Assembly (NCBI GenBank): GCA_035395685.1
Contig: DAOPBR010000010.1
Coordinates: forward strand, 4 to 64,003
Direction: 5' to 3'
DNA: 64,000 bases
From: Spirochaetota bacterium
GTDB lineage: Bacteria; Spirochaetota; UBA4802; JAFGJZ01
Part shown: in pieces, positions 47,079 through 56,175 of the stretch
How the letters are laid out: the number at the start of each line of letters is the position of its first letter
Position numbering within the stretch: position 1 is the stretch's first letter
Position numbers and translations under genes: made by a program
Notes under the pieces: generated by a model
The model's input: the letters and a program-made list of their open reading frames with translations, nothing else
Database searches by the model: none
Told to the model about the DNA's origin: nothing

Positions 47079-48265
47079 TTACTTATTTTCTTTTTAAGTC
47101 TTGTTATGCGTTTTTCAAAATTTTCTTTCCAGCGCAGGGGATTTTTGATTTCTTCGCCCTTTTCGGAATATATATTTTTATTAACAAGACTCATTGCTGT
47201 ATCGGAATATTCAAGCGCCTTCGTTAAATCCGCCGTTCTATGCTCTTCGTATTTCGCCAGCTCATTCAGAGAAAAAAGCGTCAAACGGCTCTTCCAGTAT
47301 TCGGCGGCTTTCTCATAATCATTTTCGCGCTTGAGCGCGATCGAAAACTTGTTAAAAAGATTTTCATCATCAAGAATAGAGTCTCCGAGAAAATCGGCCA
47401 TATCGAGAAACAAATCAATATCTTTAGCAAACAATGATGACGCAAGATTTTTCATATGGGCTTCATCAATAATCGAAAACTCGCGTTTTGATGCGGATTC
47501 ATAAATCGATGAGACAATGCCGAAAACGCGAATCATCGAAACGATATCGACCGCGTTATGCTCGGCGACAGAAGCGATGCGGTCTGTTTCGCCGGTTCTT
47601 TGAAACGAAAAATAAACATCAGGAATCAGAAATCCCGGAATATCATCTATACGTTCAAAACCTAAAATGTTCTTTTCGAGTGAACCGAGAGACAGCGATT
47701 CATACAGCTTTTTAAAAATCCGCCGTACGGGAATCAGAATATCGATTACCGGTATCTTCATCGGAAATCCATAGACGCGGTTGAGCATGTAACGGTTTTT
47801 TATTAACGGCACATCGTATGACGCGCCGTTAAAAGTTGCAACAGCCTTCGCATTCGCAAAAAAAGGAAGAAGATATTCGAGATAATTTTTCTCTCTAGAA
47901 ATATCTTCAATAAAAATCTGTTCGACTATCAGCGTGTCCGAATCGAAGTAAGCGAATCCCGTAAGAAACGGTATAGAACCGGCTGCAATTGAAAGAGAAG
48001 TTGTTTCGAGATCCAAAAACAGAATTTCATGCAGTTCAATCGATTCGTCAAATCCGTTCATCGAAAGATAAGCTTTCAATGAATTCTTGAACGAATTTTC
48101 TTCTATCTTTATATCATCAAAAGAAAAGAAAGATTCTTTTCGGATAATATTTCCCGACTCGCCGCTGACGGCATGAAAACCAATCGAAGACGCGTCGAAT
48201 TCTTTGCTCTCGCGCGCCGGCTGAGCTGTTTTAGTGTAAAGTTTCAGTTTTTGTGTTATGTCCAT
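47066..48265 (-). CDS. YprB/MrfB-type RNase-H-fold (DEDDh-like) exonuclease with a helical-repeat C-terminal domain
   Basis: Motifs LFLDLETTS (Exo I), TFNGASYDVP (Exo II) and EHNAVDIVS (Exo III). The C-terminal segment YEKAAEYW...ALEY is TPR-like. Confidence 0.65.
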   Translation of the reverse strand: MDITQKLKLYTKTAQPARESKEFDASSIGFHAVSGESGNIIRKESFFSFDDIKIEENSFKNSLKAYLSMNGFDESIELHEILFLDLETTSLSIAAGSIPFLTGFAYFDSDTLIVEQIFIEDISREKNYLEYLLPFFANAKAVATFNGASYDVPLIKNRYMLNRVYGFPMKIPVIDILIPVRRIFKKLYESLSLGSLEKNILGFERIDDIPGFLIPDVYFSFQRTGETDRIASVAEHNAVDIVSMIRVFGIVSSIYESASKREFSIIDEAHMKNLASSLFAKDIDLFLDMADFLGDSILDDENLFNKFSIALKRENDYEKAAEYWKSRLTLFSLNELAKYEEHRTADLTKALEYSDTAMSLVNKNIYSEKGEEIKNPLRWKENFEKRITRLKKKISNQTS

Positions 48266-48287
48266 CAGATTGCAAAATTCCGCGCCT

Positions 48288-48917
48288 TTAAAAGTACATT
48301 CCTATTCCCAAACCTACACCCGGCCATACAAGCCCCAGCAGACCTAACTGCTCTGGAAGTTCTTTAGTATATGTTCTGCCGTATATTTCATCCGAAACAT
48401 TGATCCGTGTTTTGACCGGAACATAATAGGACAAGCCTGTTGAAACTTCAATGATACCTCCGGAGATATTCCATTTATAACCGATCCAGGCAGTTGTTCC
48501 TAAAGTCTTAAAGGAACGGTGTCCTTTCATAGAATCAAAATAATGATCGTCAAGTTCTACATCAACGTATAGATAATTCAGATAAGCGCCTACAAAAAAC
48601 CCTTCAAGAACTTTATTATAGTATCCTCTTATCCCTATGCTTGTCTCAAGTCTTTTCCATTTCCATTCATTTCTGCCGTCGGTATCGTGATAGTCCCAGT
48701 ACTTGCCCTCAAGCGCAATTGAAAACTTCTCACTGAAAGCATATTCTCCTTCGGCAGATAACCACCACATAGGAAGAAGACACGGATAAACCGTAAACGA
48801 AAAAGTATATGTTTCTTCAGGCGACGCAGTCTCTTCAGCATAAATATCCCGTGGGCAGAGAAACAGAATCACAAAAACAAACACGCACTTAATAATATTC
48901 CGAAAAATCTGCGGCAT
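48288..48917 (-). CDS. Secreted beta-barrel-like protein, paralogue 2
   Basis: Signal peptide. Alternating-strand pattern and terminal ...GIGMYF. Clearly paralogous to 48976..49596: shared LEGKYWDY / IEGKYWDY, identical WKWKRLETS, and IGIRGY / LGIRGY. Confidence 0.6.
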   Translation of the reverse strand: MPQIFRNIIKCVFVFVILFLCPRDIYAEETASPEETYTFSFTVYPCLLPMWWLSAEGEYAFSEKFSIALEGKYWDYHDTDGRNEWKWKRLETSIGIRGYYNKVLEGFFVGAYLNYLYVDVELDDHYFDSMKGHRSFKTLGTTAWIGYKWNISGGIIEVSTGLSYYVPVKTRINVSDEIYGRTYTKELPEQLGLLGLVWPGVGLGIGMYF

Positions 48918-48975
48918 AATTATTGCTCCATTATAATTTCATTATTCGGAGTCATTATTAAAAAGACTGCAGCCG

Positions 48976-49596
48976 TCAAAAAGCTATTCCTAATCCCAAA
49001 CCGATACCCGACCAGCAAAGTCCCAGTTTCAAAGGAGAAGTTTCTTTATATGTTTCGTTAGTATATGAATCATTAACAGTAAGCTCTGCGTTACCCAACG
49101 CATAATAAGTAACACCGGTTGAAACTTCTAAAACGGCGTTTGATATAATCCATTTATACCCTATCCAGCCTGTTGCTCCGAATGTTTTAAACTTGGCTTG
49201 GCCGCTAATTTCTTCAAAATAACGGTCATCAAGCTCAAGATCAAGATAAAGATAATTCAGGTATATACCGGCAAAAATTCCTTCCATTGCTTTTTGCGCA
49301 TAACCTCTTATCCCCAAACTCGTTTCGAGTCTTTTCCATTTCCAGTCATATCTTTCATCCGTTTCGTAGTAATCCCAATACTTGCCCTCTATAGCAAGTG
49401 TGAAGTTATTACTGAAAGCATATTCCGCCTCAGCAGAAAACCATCGAAACGGAAGAGGACACGGATAAAGCGTAAATGAAAAAGTTTTGTTTTCTTCAGG
49501 CGCCGCAGTCTCTTCCGCGCGGATATCTCGCACGGTGAGAACCAATAACATAAAAACAAACATACATTTAAATATATTCTTTAAGAACTGAGACAT
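48976..49596 (-). CDS. Secreted beta-barrel-like protein, paralogue 1
   Basis: Signal peptide with the same architecture as 48288..48917; ends ...GLGIAF. Confidence 0.6.
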   Translation of the reverse strand: MSQFLKNIFKCMFVFMLLVLTVRDIRAEETAAPEENKTFSFTLYPCPLPFRWFSAEAEYAFSNNFTLAIEGKYWDYYETDERYDWKWKRLETSLGIRGYAQKAMEGIFAGIYLNYLYLDLELDDRYFEEISGQAKFKTFGATGWIGYKWIISNAVLEVSTGVTYYALGNAELTVNDSYTNETYKETSPLKLGLCWSGIGLGLGIAF

Positions 49597-49616
49597 AATT
49601 AATACTCCATTATTTA

Positions 49617-49994
49617 TTATTCAAACTCATCAATCGTATAACCTGTAGAAACCGTACAATTCGCGCCCGAACCTGTTTCTTCCGCGCGAAGCTCGCCGTC
49701 CACATAAATCTTAACAGTTATCGGCGATGTGTCTGCTGTGTTATTCTTTACGCTGATATAACAATCTTCGTATTCCTGATCTTCCGCATGCGCGGATATA
49801 TTTTCAGAATACCACGGCAGTGAAGCAGAAACCAAATTCTCATAAACCTCGCTTGTAGAATACTCAATATCAACATCAGAAATAGTACCCTCCACAGCAA
49901 ATGATACTTCACCATTCCATTTGCATTCACACGAGGATGTTGATAACAACAATATAAATTGAAAGATTCCCAGCACATATTTTTTCTTCATCAT
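49617..49994 (-). CDS. Small lipoprotein, paralogue B
   Basis: Lipobox LLLSTSSC. It shares ...TSPITVKI(Y/F)VDGELRAEETGSGA.CTVSTGY... with the upstream gene. ATGATGA start/stop overlap. Confidence 0.65.
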   Translation of the reverse strand: MMKKKYVLGIFQFILLLSTSSCECKWNGEVSFAVEGTISDVDIEYSTSEVYENLVSASLPWYSENISAHAEDQEYEDCYISVKNNTADTSPITVKIYVDGELRAEETGSGANCTVSTGYTIDEFE

Positions 49995-50365
49995 TCCTCT
50001 TCATCAATCCTATAACCTGTAGAAACAGTACAATATGCACCTGAACCTGTTTCTTCCGCGCGAAGTTCGCCGTCCACAAATATTTTAACAGTTATCGGCG
50101 ATGTGTCTGTTGTGTTATTGGTTACTTCAATCATACATGAATTTGTTGATTCATCATCCGCTTCAGCAGAAATAGTACCTGAATACCATGGTAAAGATAC
50201 CGAATCCAAATTATCAATAAACTCTCTTGTGTGATAAGATATGTCAACATCTGAAATTGTGCCCTCAACAACGAAGCTTACTTCTCCGCTCCATTTCGCT
50301 GTGCACGATGTGGCAAATATCAATATTAGTAATTGCAGAATTATAAAAGATAATTTCTTTTTCAT
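49991..50365 (-). CDS. Small lipoprotein, paralogue A
   Basis: Lipobox LIFATSC. Paralogous to 49617..49994. Confidence 0.65.
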   Translation of the reverse strand: MKKKLSFIILQLLILIFATSCTAKWSGEVSFVVEGTISDVDISYHTREFIDNLDSVSLPWYSGTISAEADDESTNSCMIEVTNNTTDTSPITVKIFVDGELRAEETGSGAYCTVSTGYRIDEEE

Positions 50366-50520
50366 TTTTTGACAGACCTCCCATTCTCATATTTAAAATT
50401 AGCTTTTGCGAATATATCTTCCATGAATTCATTTTTAAGATAATATTCCGAGAAATGTTTTCTGCCTTCAACCGGCTTTAGATATACCCAGTATAAATGA
50501 GCAGGATTATGAGACAACAT
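50362..50520 (-). CDS. Unlisted 52-codon ORF, translationally coupled to lipoprotein A
   Basis: Own translation: MLSHNPAHLYWVYLKPVEGRKHFSEYYLKNEFMEDIFAKANFKYENGRSVKK*. GGTGA RBS 7 nt upstream. ATGA overlap with the next gene. It falls below the 60-aa cutoff of the ORF track. Confidence 0.35.
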   Translation of the reverse strand: MLSHNPAHLYWVYLKPVEGRKHFSEYYLKNEFMEDIFAKANFKYENGRSVKK

Positions 50521-50595
50521 GCCGTCATCACCCCGCTTGAATATTTTTTATTTTCGGCAGAATAATCATATTTGCATAAATACGTCAATAATTAA

Positions 50596-52875
50596 TTAGT
50601 GAAGAACATCCGCCTGTTCAGAAGATGCCGAAGCAAGGTCTCCGAGCAATGCGCATATAATTTTTTTGACTCCGTCGATGCCGCCGGCGGAAGGTCCGAT
50701 GCATCCCGGACATCCTTCCTTACATGAACAGCGCGAGATATGCTCAGAGGCGCAAAGCGCGACATGATCAAATATGTCATAGAGTTTTGCGGAGAGTCCG
50801 CTTCCGCCCGGAGATGAATCGGCAATGAACAGTGCCGGCTTCAGGCTGAATGAAGATTTGCTCATGTTTATTGAACGTATATCCGAAGGATCGCAGAACA
50901 AATGCACGGGCGCAATGTTTTTGAGAATGTAACCGACTGAATATAAAAGCGCGCCTGAGTTCGCTTTTCCGCCGAATGAATCAAGATATTCTTCATCGAA
51001 ATCAATCCAGAAACTCGACGTGTGCATTTCAATCTCAGGAAGCGTGATTTTTCCGGAACCGATATTTTCATGAGTCCGGAATTTAATCTTTTTATAAAGC
51101 ATCGCCTGTTCACGGATGTTTATTTCTCCATAACATAAATCAAAAGAGGCTTTTTTTATACTGCGGTCGTCGGCTAGAACATGAATGTCCGTCTTGCATT
51201 CAGCGTCGGTATAATAATCAGAATCGGTTTCGTGACAGAAAGCGGTCCTTCTTTCCCAGTCGAGCTTATCAATATAAAACTGCCTGCCCTGATGAATATA
51301 AATCGCCTCGTCATGTATCAGTGTCGGCGCGCTCGAAAGATCAACCTCGCCTATCACTTTGTTTGCCGAAGTCGCGTCAACAATAACCACATTATCATGC
51401 GACGCGCTTCTAAGTGAAACTTCATTCGCGGGATAAATCGCATTCATCCAGTGATATTTGCCTGATGCATTTTTGAGTATTCCTTCAGATTCGAGATAAT
51501 CGAGAATCTCCTTCGTAGTTGAAATGTGCGGCGCGAAACGTTCGTTTTCGGAAAAAGGAAGCTCAAACGCCGCGCATTTGATATGATCCAAAAGAATCAA
51601 TAGATTGTCCGGATTTATTACAGCGTTTTCCGGCGGAAAGCCGGTCAGAAATTCGGGATTCTCTGCTATGTATTGGTCGAGCGCGGAAGAATTAGCAACA
51701 AGAAGCGAAAGCGATGAAGAGTTCCTCCGTCCCGCGCGGCCGAACTGCTGAAGAAGCGATGAAACAGAACCGGGATATCCGACTGATATTACAGCGTCAA
51801 GTGAACCGATATCTATGCCGAGTTCAAGCGCGTTCGTCGAAACAATTCCGTCGAGTTCGCCCGAGCGCATTTTGCGTTCGATGTCTCTGCGCTCTCCCGG
51901 AAGATAACCGCCGCGGTAGGCGGCAAGACGCGCGTGAGTTTTTTCCTTGATATAGTTTGTAATTATTTCGGCGCGGATTCTGCTTTTTGCAAAAACGATT
52001 GTCGTGATTTTATTGCGTATAAATGTTGAAGCGATTTCAGCTGAAAGTTTTACTGACGACTGGCGTATTCCGAGGTTTTCATTTACCACAGGCGGATTAT
52101 AAATGATGAAATTCTTTTCACCCGAAGGCGCACCGCTCTCGTTGACGAGAAACATACTGCGCCCGGTAAGAGCTTCGGCATGATCTTTCGGATTAGCAAT
52201 TGTCGCACTGCACAATATAAACTTCGGATTCGATCCGTAAAAGTTACATATACGTTCAAGCCTGCGGAGAAGATTGCAGAAATGCGAACCGAAGATTCCT
52301 CTGTAAGTATGAACCTCATCTATGACAACAAATTTAAGATTTTCAAAGAGCTTTACCCAGATGGTATGATGAGGAAGAATACCGGAATGAAGCATATCCG
52401 GATTTGTAATAACCACATGACCCGACTCGCGTATTGATTTTCTCGCGTTTGCCGGAGTATCTCCGTCAAAAGTATAAGTTTTTATTTTTAATTCAAGCGA
52501 TTCGACAATGCGGTTAAGCTCGTGCATCTGATCCTGAGCAAGCGCCTTAGTCGGAAAAATATAGAGCGCGCGGGATTCGGGATTTTTGATTATCTCGTCT
52601 ATAACAGGTACATTATAACATAGAGTTTTTCCGGACGCGGTCGGAGTCACAACCACAAAATCATTTTTTTTCCGCGCATGATCAAAGGCCGCGCGCTGAT
52701 GCGAATAAGGCTTCAATATTCCTTTTGATACATAATAATCGACGAGCCGTCTATCAATATAATCCGGAAATTCAGAATAAACCGCGTCCTTTGCCGGAAC
52801 GGTATTCCACGATACGACATTTTCATTGAAGCCTCTGTCGGACTTCAGATAATCAATTAGCTGTTCAATATTCAT
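50596..52875 (-). CDS. YprA/MrfA-type DEAD/DEAH-box SF2 helicase with a C-terminal DUF1998-like Cys cluster
   Basis: Motif I TPTASGKT, motif II VIDEVHTYRG, motif III CSAT, motif VI QQFGRAGRR. C-terminal HISRCSCKEGCPGC. Confidence 0.85.
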   Translation of the reverse strand: MNIEQLIDYLKSDRGFNENVVSWNTVPAKDAVYSEFPDYIDRRLVDYYVSKGILKPYSHQRAAFDHARKKNDFVVVTPTASGKTLCYNVPVIDEIIKNPESRALYIFPTKALAQDQMHELNRIVESLELKIKTYTFDGDTPANARKSIRESGHVVITNPDMLHSGILPHHTIWVKLFENLKFVVIDEVHTYRGIFGSHFCNLLRRLERICNFYGSNPKFILCSATIANPKDHAEALTGRSMFLVNESGAPSGEKNFIIYNPPVVNENLGIRQSSVKLSAEIASTFIRNKITTIVFAKSRIRAEIITNYIKEKTHARLAAYRGGYLPGERRDIERKMRSGELDGIVSTNALELGIDIGSLDAVISVGYPGSVSSLLQQFGRAGRRNSSSLSLLVANSSALDQYIAENPEFLTGFPPENAVINPDNLLILLDHIKCAAFELPFSENERFAPHISTTKEILDYLESEGILKNASGKYHWMNAIYPANEVSLRSASHDNVVIVDATSANKVIGEVDLSSAPTLIHDEAIYIHQGRQFYIDKLDWERRTAFCHETDSDYYTDAECKTDIHVLADDRSIKKASFDLCYGEINIREQAMLYKKIKFRTHENIGSGKITLPEIEMHTSSFWIDFDEEYLDSFGGKANSGALLYSVGYILKNIAPVHLFCDPSDIRSINMSKSSFSLKPALFIADSSPGGSGLSAKLYDIFDHVALCASEHISRCSCKEGCPGCIGPSAGGIDGVKKIICALLGDLASASSEQADVLH

Positions 52876-53064
52876 AAAACTAGTGCTATATATATGTTAA
52901 GTGAAGTCAATAAAATTAATACCCTTTATTGCTTAATGATTCTTCAGATAGATAACAATAATCCTGATATAATTTTTATTGATACTGCAGTTAAATCATG
53001 ATAGAATTAAAAAAGTCAGTATTTATTTAAATAATAGATTGTAACTATGTTATTGCGGAGCATT

Positions 53065-56000
53065 ATGAAGCTCAAATTAACGGTTTTGATAACAGCAGCA
53101 ATGCTTTCTATCACAGTACCGGCACTTTCAGCCGGGGATACTCCTGCGGCTCACAACCATATTCTAATAATAAATTCTTATCATCAGACCTTTCACTGGA
53201 CTGATGAAATTGTAACTTCCGCTGCAGCAGCAATCAAAAATAAAATTCCGGATGCTGAAATATACATCGAATACATGGATTCAAAACGATTTCCGGATTA
53301 TACCAATATAAACGCTTTTCTGAAACGTCTTGAAACAAAATACACGAATAACGCGCCCGGCGTAATCATCGTATCGGACGACGCGGCATTTGATCTTTTA
53401 AAAAAATTCGGCGGCAGAATTTTTCCGGGCGTCCCTGTTGTTTTCTGCGGTGTTAACGACATCAAATCAACCGAAGATCTTCCGCAAAATTTTTCCGGCA
53501 TAATTGAAAACCTCGACATCCCCGGAAACATTGATCTAATAAAAAAGCTTTTCCCTGAAACAAAATATATCGCCGCAATAACGGATGGAACTCCGACAGG
53601 TCTCGGAACACGCGCGGAAATAGCCCTGACAGAAAAATCAAATCCTGATATATCATACATTTATTTAAACGGAGAGAATCTTTCAACAGATGAACTTATT
53701 TATGAATTGAAAAATCTTCCAAAAAATTCAATCGCAATTGCTCCGGCATGGTACATGGACAAGACCGGAAAAACATATTTAAACACCGAAAGTTATCCGC
53801 TTATTGCTGGAAACTGTCCTGTACCCGTAATTTCAACATCCGCCTCAAACATCGGTCTCGGTGTACTCGGAGGAAAAGCAAACAGCGGCATTATTCAGGG
53901 AACATACGCGGCAGAGAAAGCTGTTGAATTAATTAAATTCGGAATCGACGCTTCTCAAACAAAAGTTCAGACTGAAAGCAGAAATAAATTTATATTTGAT
54001 GCAGATGCCGCAAAAAGATTTTCCATACCCATTTCGGCTTTGCCCGAAGACAGTATAATTATAAACAGAAAGTATTCTTTTTTTGAAAGGTATACATTGC
54101 TTGTTATGATTTCTGCGGCGGTATTTCTTCTTCTTTTAATTCTGATTATAACGCTGACAAAGCTTCTGCTTTCCCGAAAACGCGTAGAAATAGAACTCAA
54201 AAAAAAATCAGAGGAGCTTAAACAGTATTTCTCCTTCGCACTCGATCTTTTCTGTATCGCCGATACCAAAGGAAATTTTCTGCGAGTAAACAATCAATGG
54301 TCGCAGGTTCTCGGCTATAAGATAGAAGAGCTGGAAAACAGACAGTTTCTTGATTTTGTTCATCCTGATGATATAGAATCAACCCTGGCGGTTCTTTCCG
54401 ATCTTGCCGAACAGAAAGAAGTGGTAAATTTCGTCAACCGTTACAAGGCAAAAGACGGTTCATACCGTCACATCGAATGGAAATCCGCCCCGCGCGGTTC
54501 TGTGATATTCGCCGCGGCGCGCGATATCACAGAAAGAATAAGGTCTGAAAATGAAATACGCGAATCACACAGGATGCTCCGCGAAAACGAGGAGAACTTA
54601 AGAATCACCTTAAATTCAATCGGTGATGCCGTAATCACCACCGACACGGAAGGATTAATCACCAGAATTAATCCTGTTGCAGAAAAACTTACGGGATGGA
54701 AAAGCCAGGAAGCAGAAGGGAAACAGCTTTCTGATGTTTTAAAAATCATAAACAGCAGAACCGGAAATGAAATAGCAAACCCGGCGGAAGAAATAATATC
54801 TTCAGGCAAAATAATAGAATTCACTGACAGCACACTTTTAATAAGCCGTGACGGCAAGGAATACCGCATTGCAGATTCGGGAGCACCGATAAAAAATGAA
54901 GACGGAATCATCACTGGTGCTGTTCTTGTTTTCCGCGATATGACCAGAGAATATTCTATTCAGGAACAATTGAATCATTCAAGAAAGATGGATGCAATCG
55001 GCCGTCTTGCCGGCGGCATTGCTCACGACTTCAACAATATGCTCGCCGGCATAATCGGCGGCGCTGAACTTCTTCAAATGCGTTTATCGGAATTCACTGA
55101 TGATCCGAAACTTAACGGCGATATCGATGTCATAATAAAATCCGCAGCACACGCGTCTGAACTTTCCAACAGACTGCTTGCATTTTCAAGACGTCAGGCA
55201 GCAGCATCTGTTCCCACAGATGTTCATCAGGCTATAATCGGTGCGATATCGCTGCTTCAAAATACCGTAGATAAACGTATTGTCATCCAGACGGAATTTA
55301 ATGCTGAATCAGGCGTCATAATGGGCGATCCGCCGCAGATTCAGAACGTCTTTCTCAATCTGGGAATAAACGCATCTCATGCAATGCCGAACGGCGGTAT
55401 TCTTTATTTTTCAACACGTTTCAAAAATATGTCCGGCGATGAATGCGAATCTAGCCCGTTTGAACTCAATCCCGGAGCGTATATAGAAATCACAGTATCT
55501 GATACAGGATGCGGAATAAAGCCGGAAGACATCAATAAAATATTCGATCCTTTTTTCACCACAAAAAAGCAAGGTTCAGGTACCGGACTCGGACTTGCCG
55601 CAGCTTACGCTACAATCCAGCAGCATAACGGAGCAATAACTGTTTCAAGTAAACTTAACGAAGGGACAACTTTTAAAATAATTCTTCCTTTAAGCGAAGA
55701 GCCCTCTGAAAGCAGCAGCATTAATGAAACAATATATACGGGGCACGGAACTGTTCTGCTTGCTGATGATGAAGAAGTTATGCGGCTGGTAGGCAGAGGA
55801 CTTCTTGAAAAATTCGGGTATAATGTAATTCTCGCCGAGAACGGATTAAAGGCGGCAGAAATTTATAAAAATGAAAAGGACAAAATAGATCTTGTTATTC
55901 TTGATATGATAATGCCTGTTATGAGCGGACGTGATTGTTTCTTCGAAATAAAGAAAATAAATCCGGAGGCAAAAATCATAATTGCATCAGGATTTATTCA

Positions 56001-56115
56001 GTCACGTGATTTAACGGAACTTCAGAAAAACGGACTTAACGCATTTATACACAAACCGTTCAGAAGTCATGAGCTGAGCCGAGTTGCCGCCGAACTGACC
56101 GGAAATCTAAAATAA
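53065..56115 (+). CDS. Hybrid sensor histidine kinase: periplasmic ABC-substrate-binding-like domain, TM, 2 PAS, HisKA, HATPase, receiver
   Basis: Start at ATG 53065 (GGAG RBS). H-box [12 protein letters not shown]-box NLGINASHAMP, G1 DTGCGI, G2 GTGLGL. Receiver segment ILDMIMPVMSG. Confidence 0.9.
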   Translation: MKLKLTVLITAAMLSITVPALSAGDTPAAHNHILIINSYHQTFHWTDEIVTSAAAAIKNKIPDAEIYIEYMDSKRFPDYTNINAFLKRLETKYTNNAPGVIIVSDDAAFDLLKKFGGRIFPGVPVVFCGVNDIKSTEDLPQNFSGIIENLDIPGNIDLIKKLFPETKYIAAITDGTPTGLGTRAEIALTEKSNPDISYIYLNGENLSTDELIYELKNLPKNSIAIAPAWYMDKTGKTYLNTESYPLIAGNCPVPVISTSASNIGLGVLGGKANSGIIQGTYAAEKAVELIKFGIDASQTKVQTESRNKFIFDADAAKRFSIPISALPEDSIIINRKYSFFERYTLLVMISAAVFLLLLILIITLTKLLLSRKRVEIELKKKSEELKQYFSFALDLFCIADTKGNFLRVNNQWSQVLGYKIEELENRQFLDFVHPDDIESTLAVLSDLAEQKEVVNFVNRYKAKDGSYRHIEWKSAPRGSVIFAAARDITERIRSENEIRESHRMLRENEENLRITLNSIGDAVITTDTEGLITRINPVAEKLTGWKSQEAEGKQLSDVLKIINSRTGNEIANPAEEIISSGKIIEFTDSTLLISRDGKEYRIADSGAPIKNEDGIITGAVLVFRDMTREYSIQEQLNHSRKMDAIGRLAGGIAHDFNNMLAGIIGGAELLQMRLSEFTDDPKLNGDIDVIIKSAAHASELSNRLLAFSRRQAAASVPTDVHQAIIGAISLLQNTVDKRIVIQTEFNAESGVIMGDPPQIQNVFLNLGINASHAMPNGGILYFSTRFKNMSGDECESSPFELNPGAYIEITVSDTGCGIKPEDINKIFDPFFTTKKQGSGTGLGLAAAYATIQQHNGAITVSSKLNEGTTFKIILPLSEEPSESSSINETIYTGHGTVLLADDEEVMRLVGRGLLEKFGYNVILAENGLKAAEIYKNEKDKIDLVILDMIMPVMSGRDCFFEIKKINPEAKIIIASGFIQSRDLTELQKNGLNAFIHKPFRSHELSRVAAELTGNLK

Positions 56116-56117
56116 AA

Positions 56118-56140
56118 AAGGGACGGTTAAACCGCCCCTT
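56118..56140. terminator. Imperfect hairpin between convergent genes
   Basis: AAGGGACGG-TTAAA-CCGCCCCTT with one mismatch. Confidence 0.4.
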
Positions 56141-56175
56141 CTGCTCATTCTGTTTTCAAATTAACGAAACAACAA

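Noticed and set aside
48288-50365. Possible CRISPR or other interspersed repeat array suggested by recurring sequence blocks
   Set aside because: The repeats are about 375 and 620 nt apart, lie inside intact paralogous ORFs and are imperfect. They reflect gene duplication, not a repeat-spacer array. No cas genes are present.
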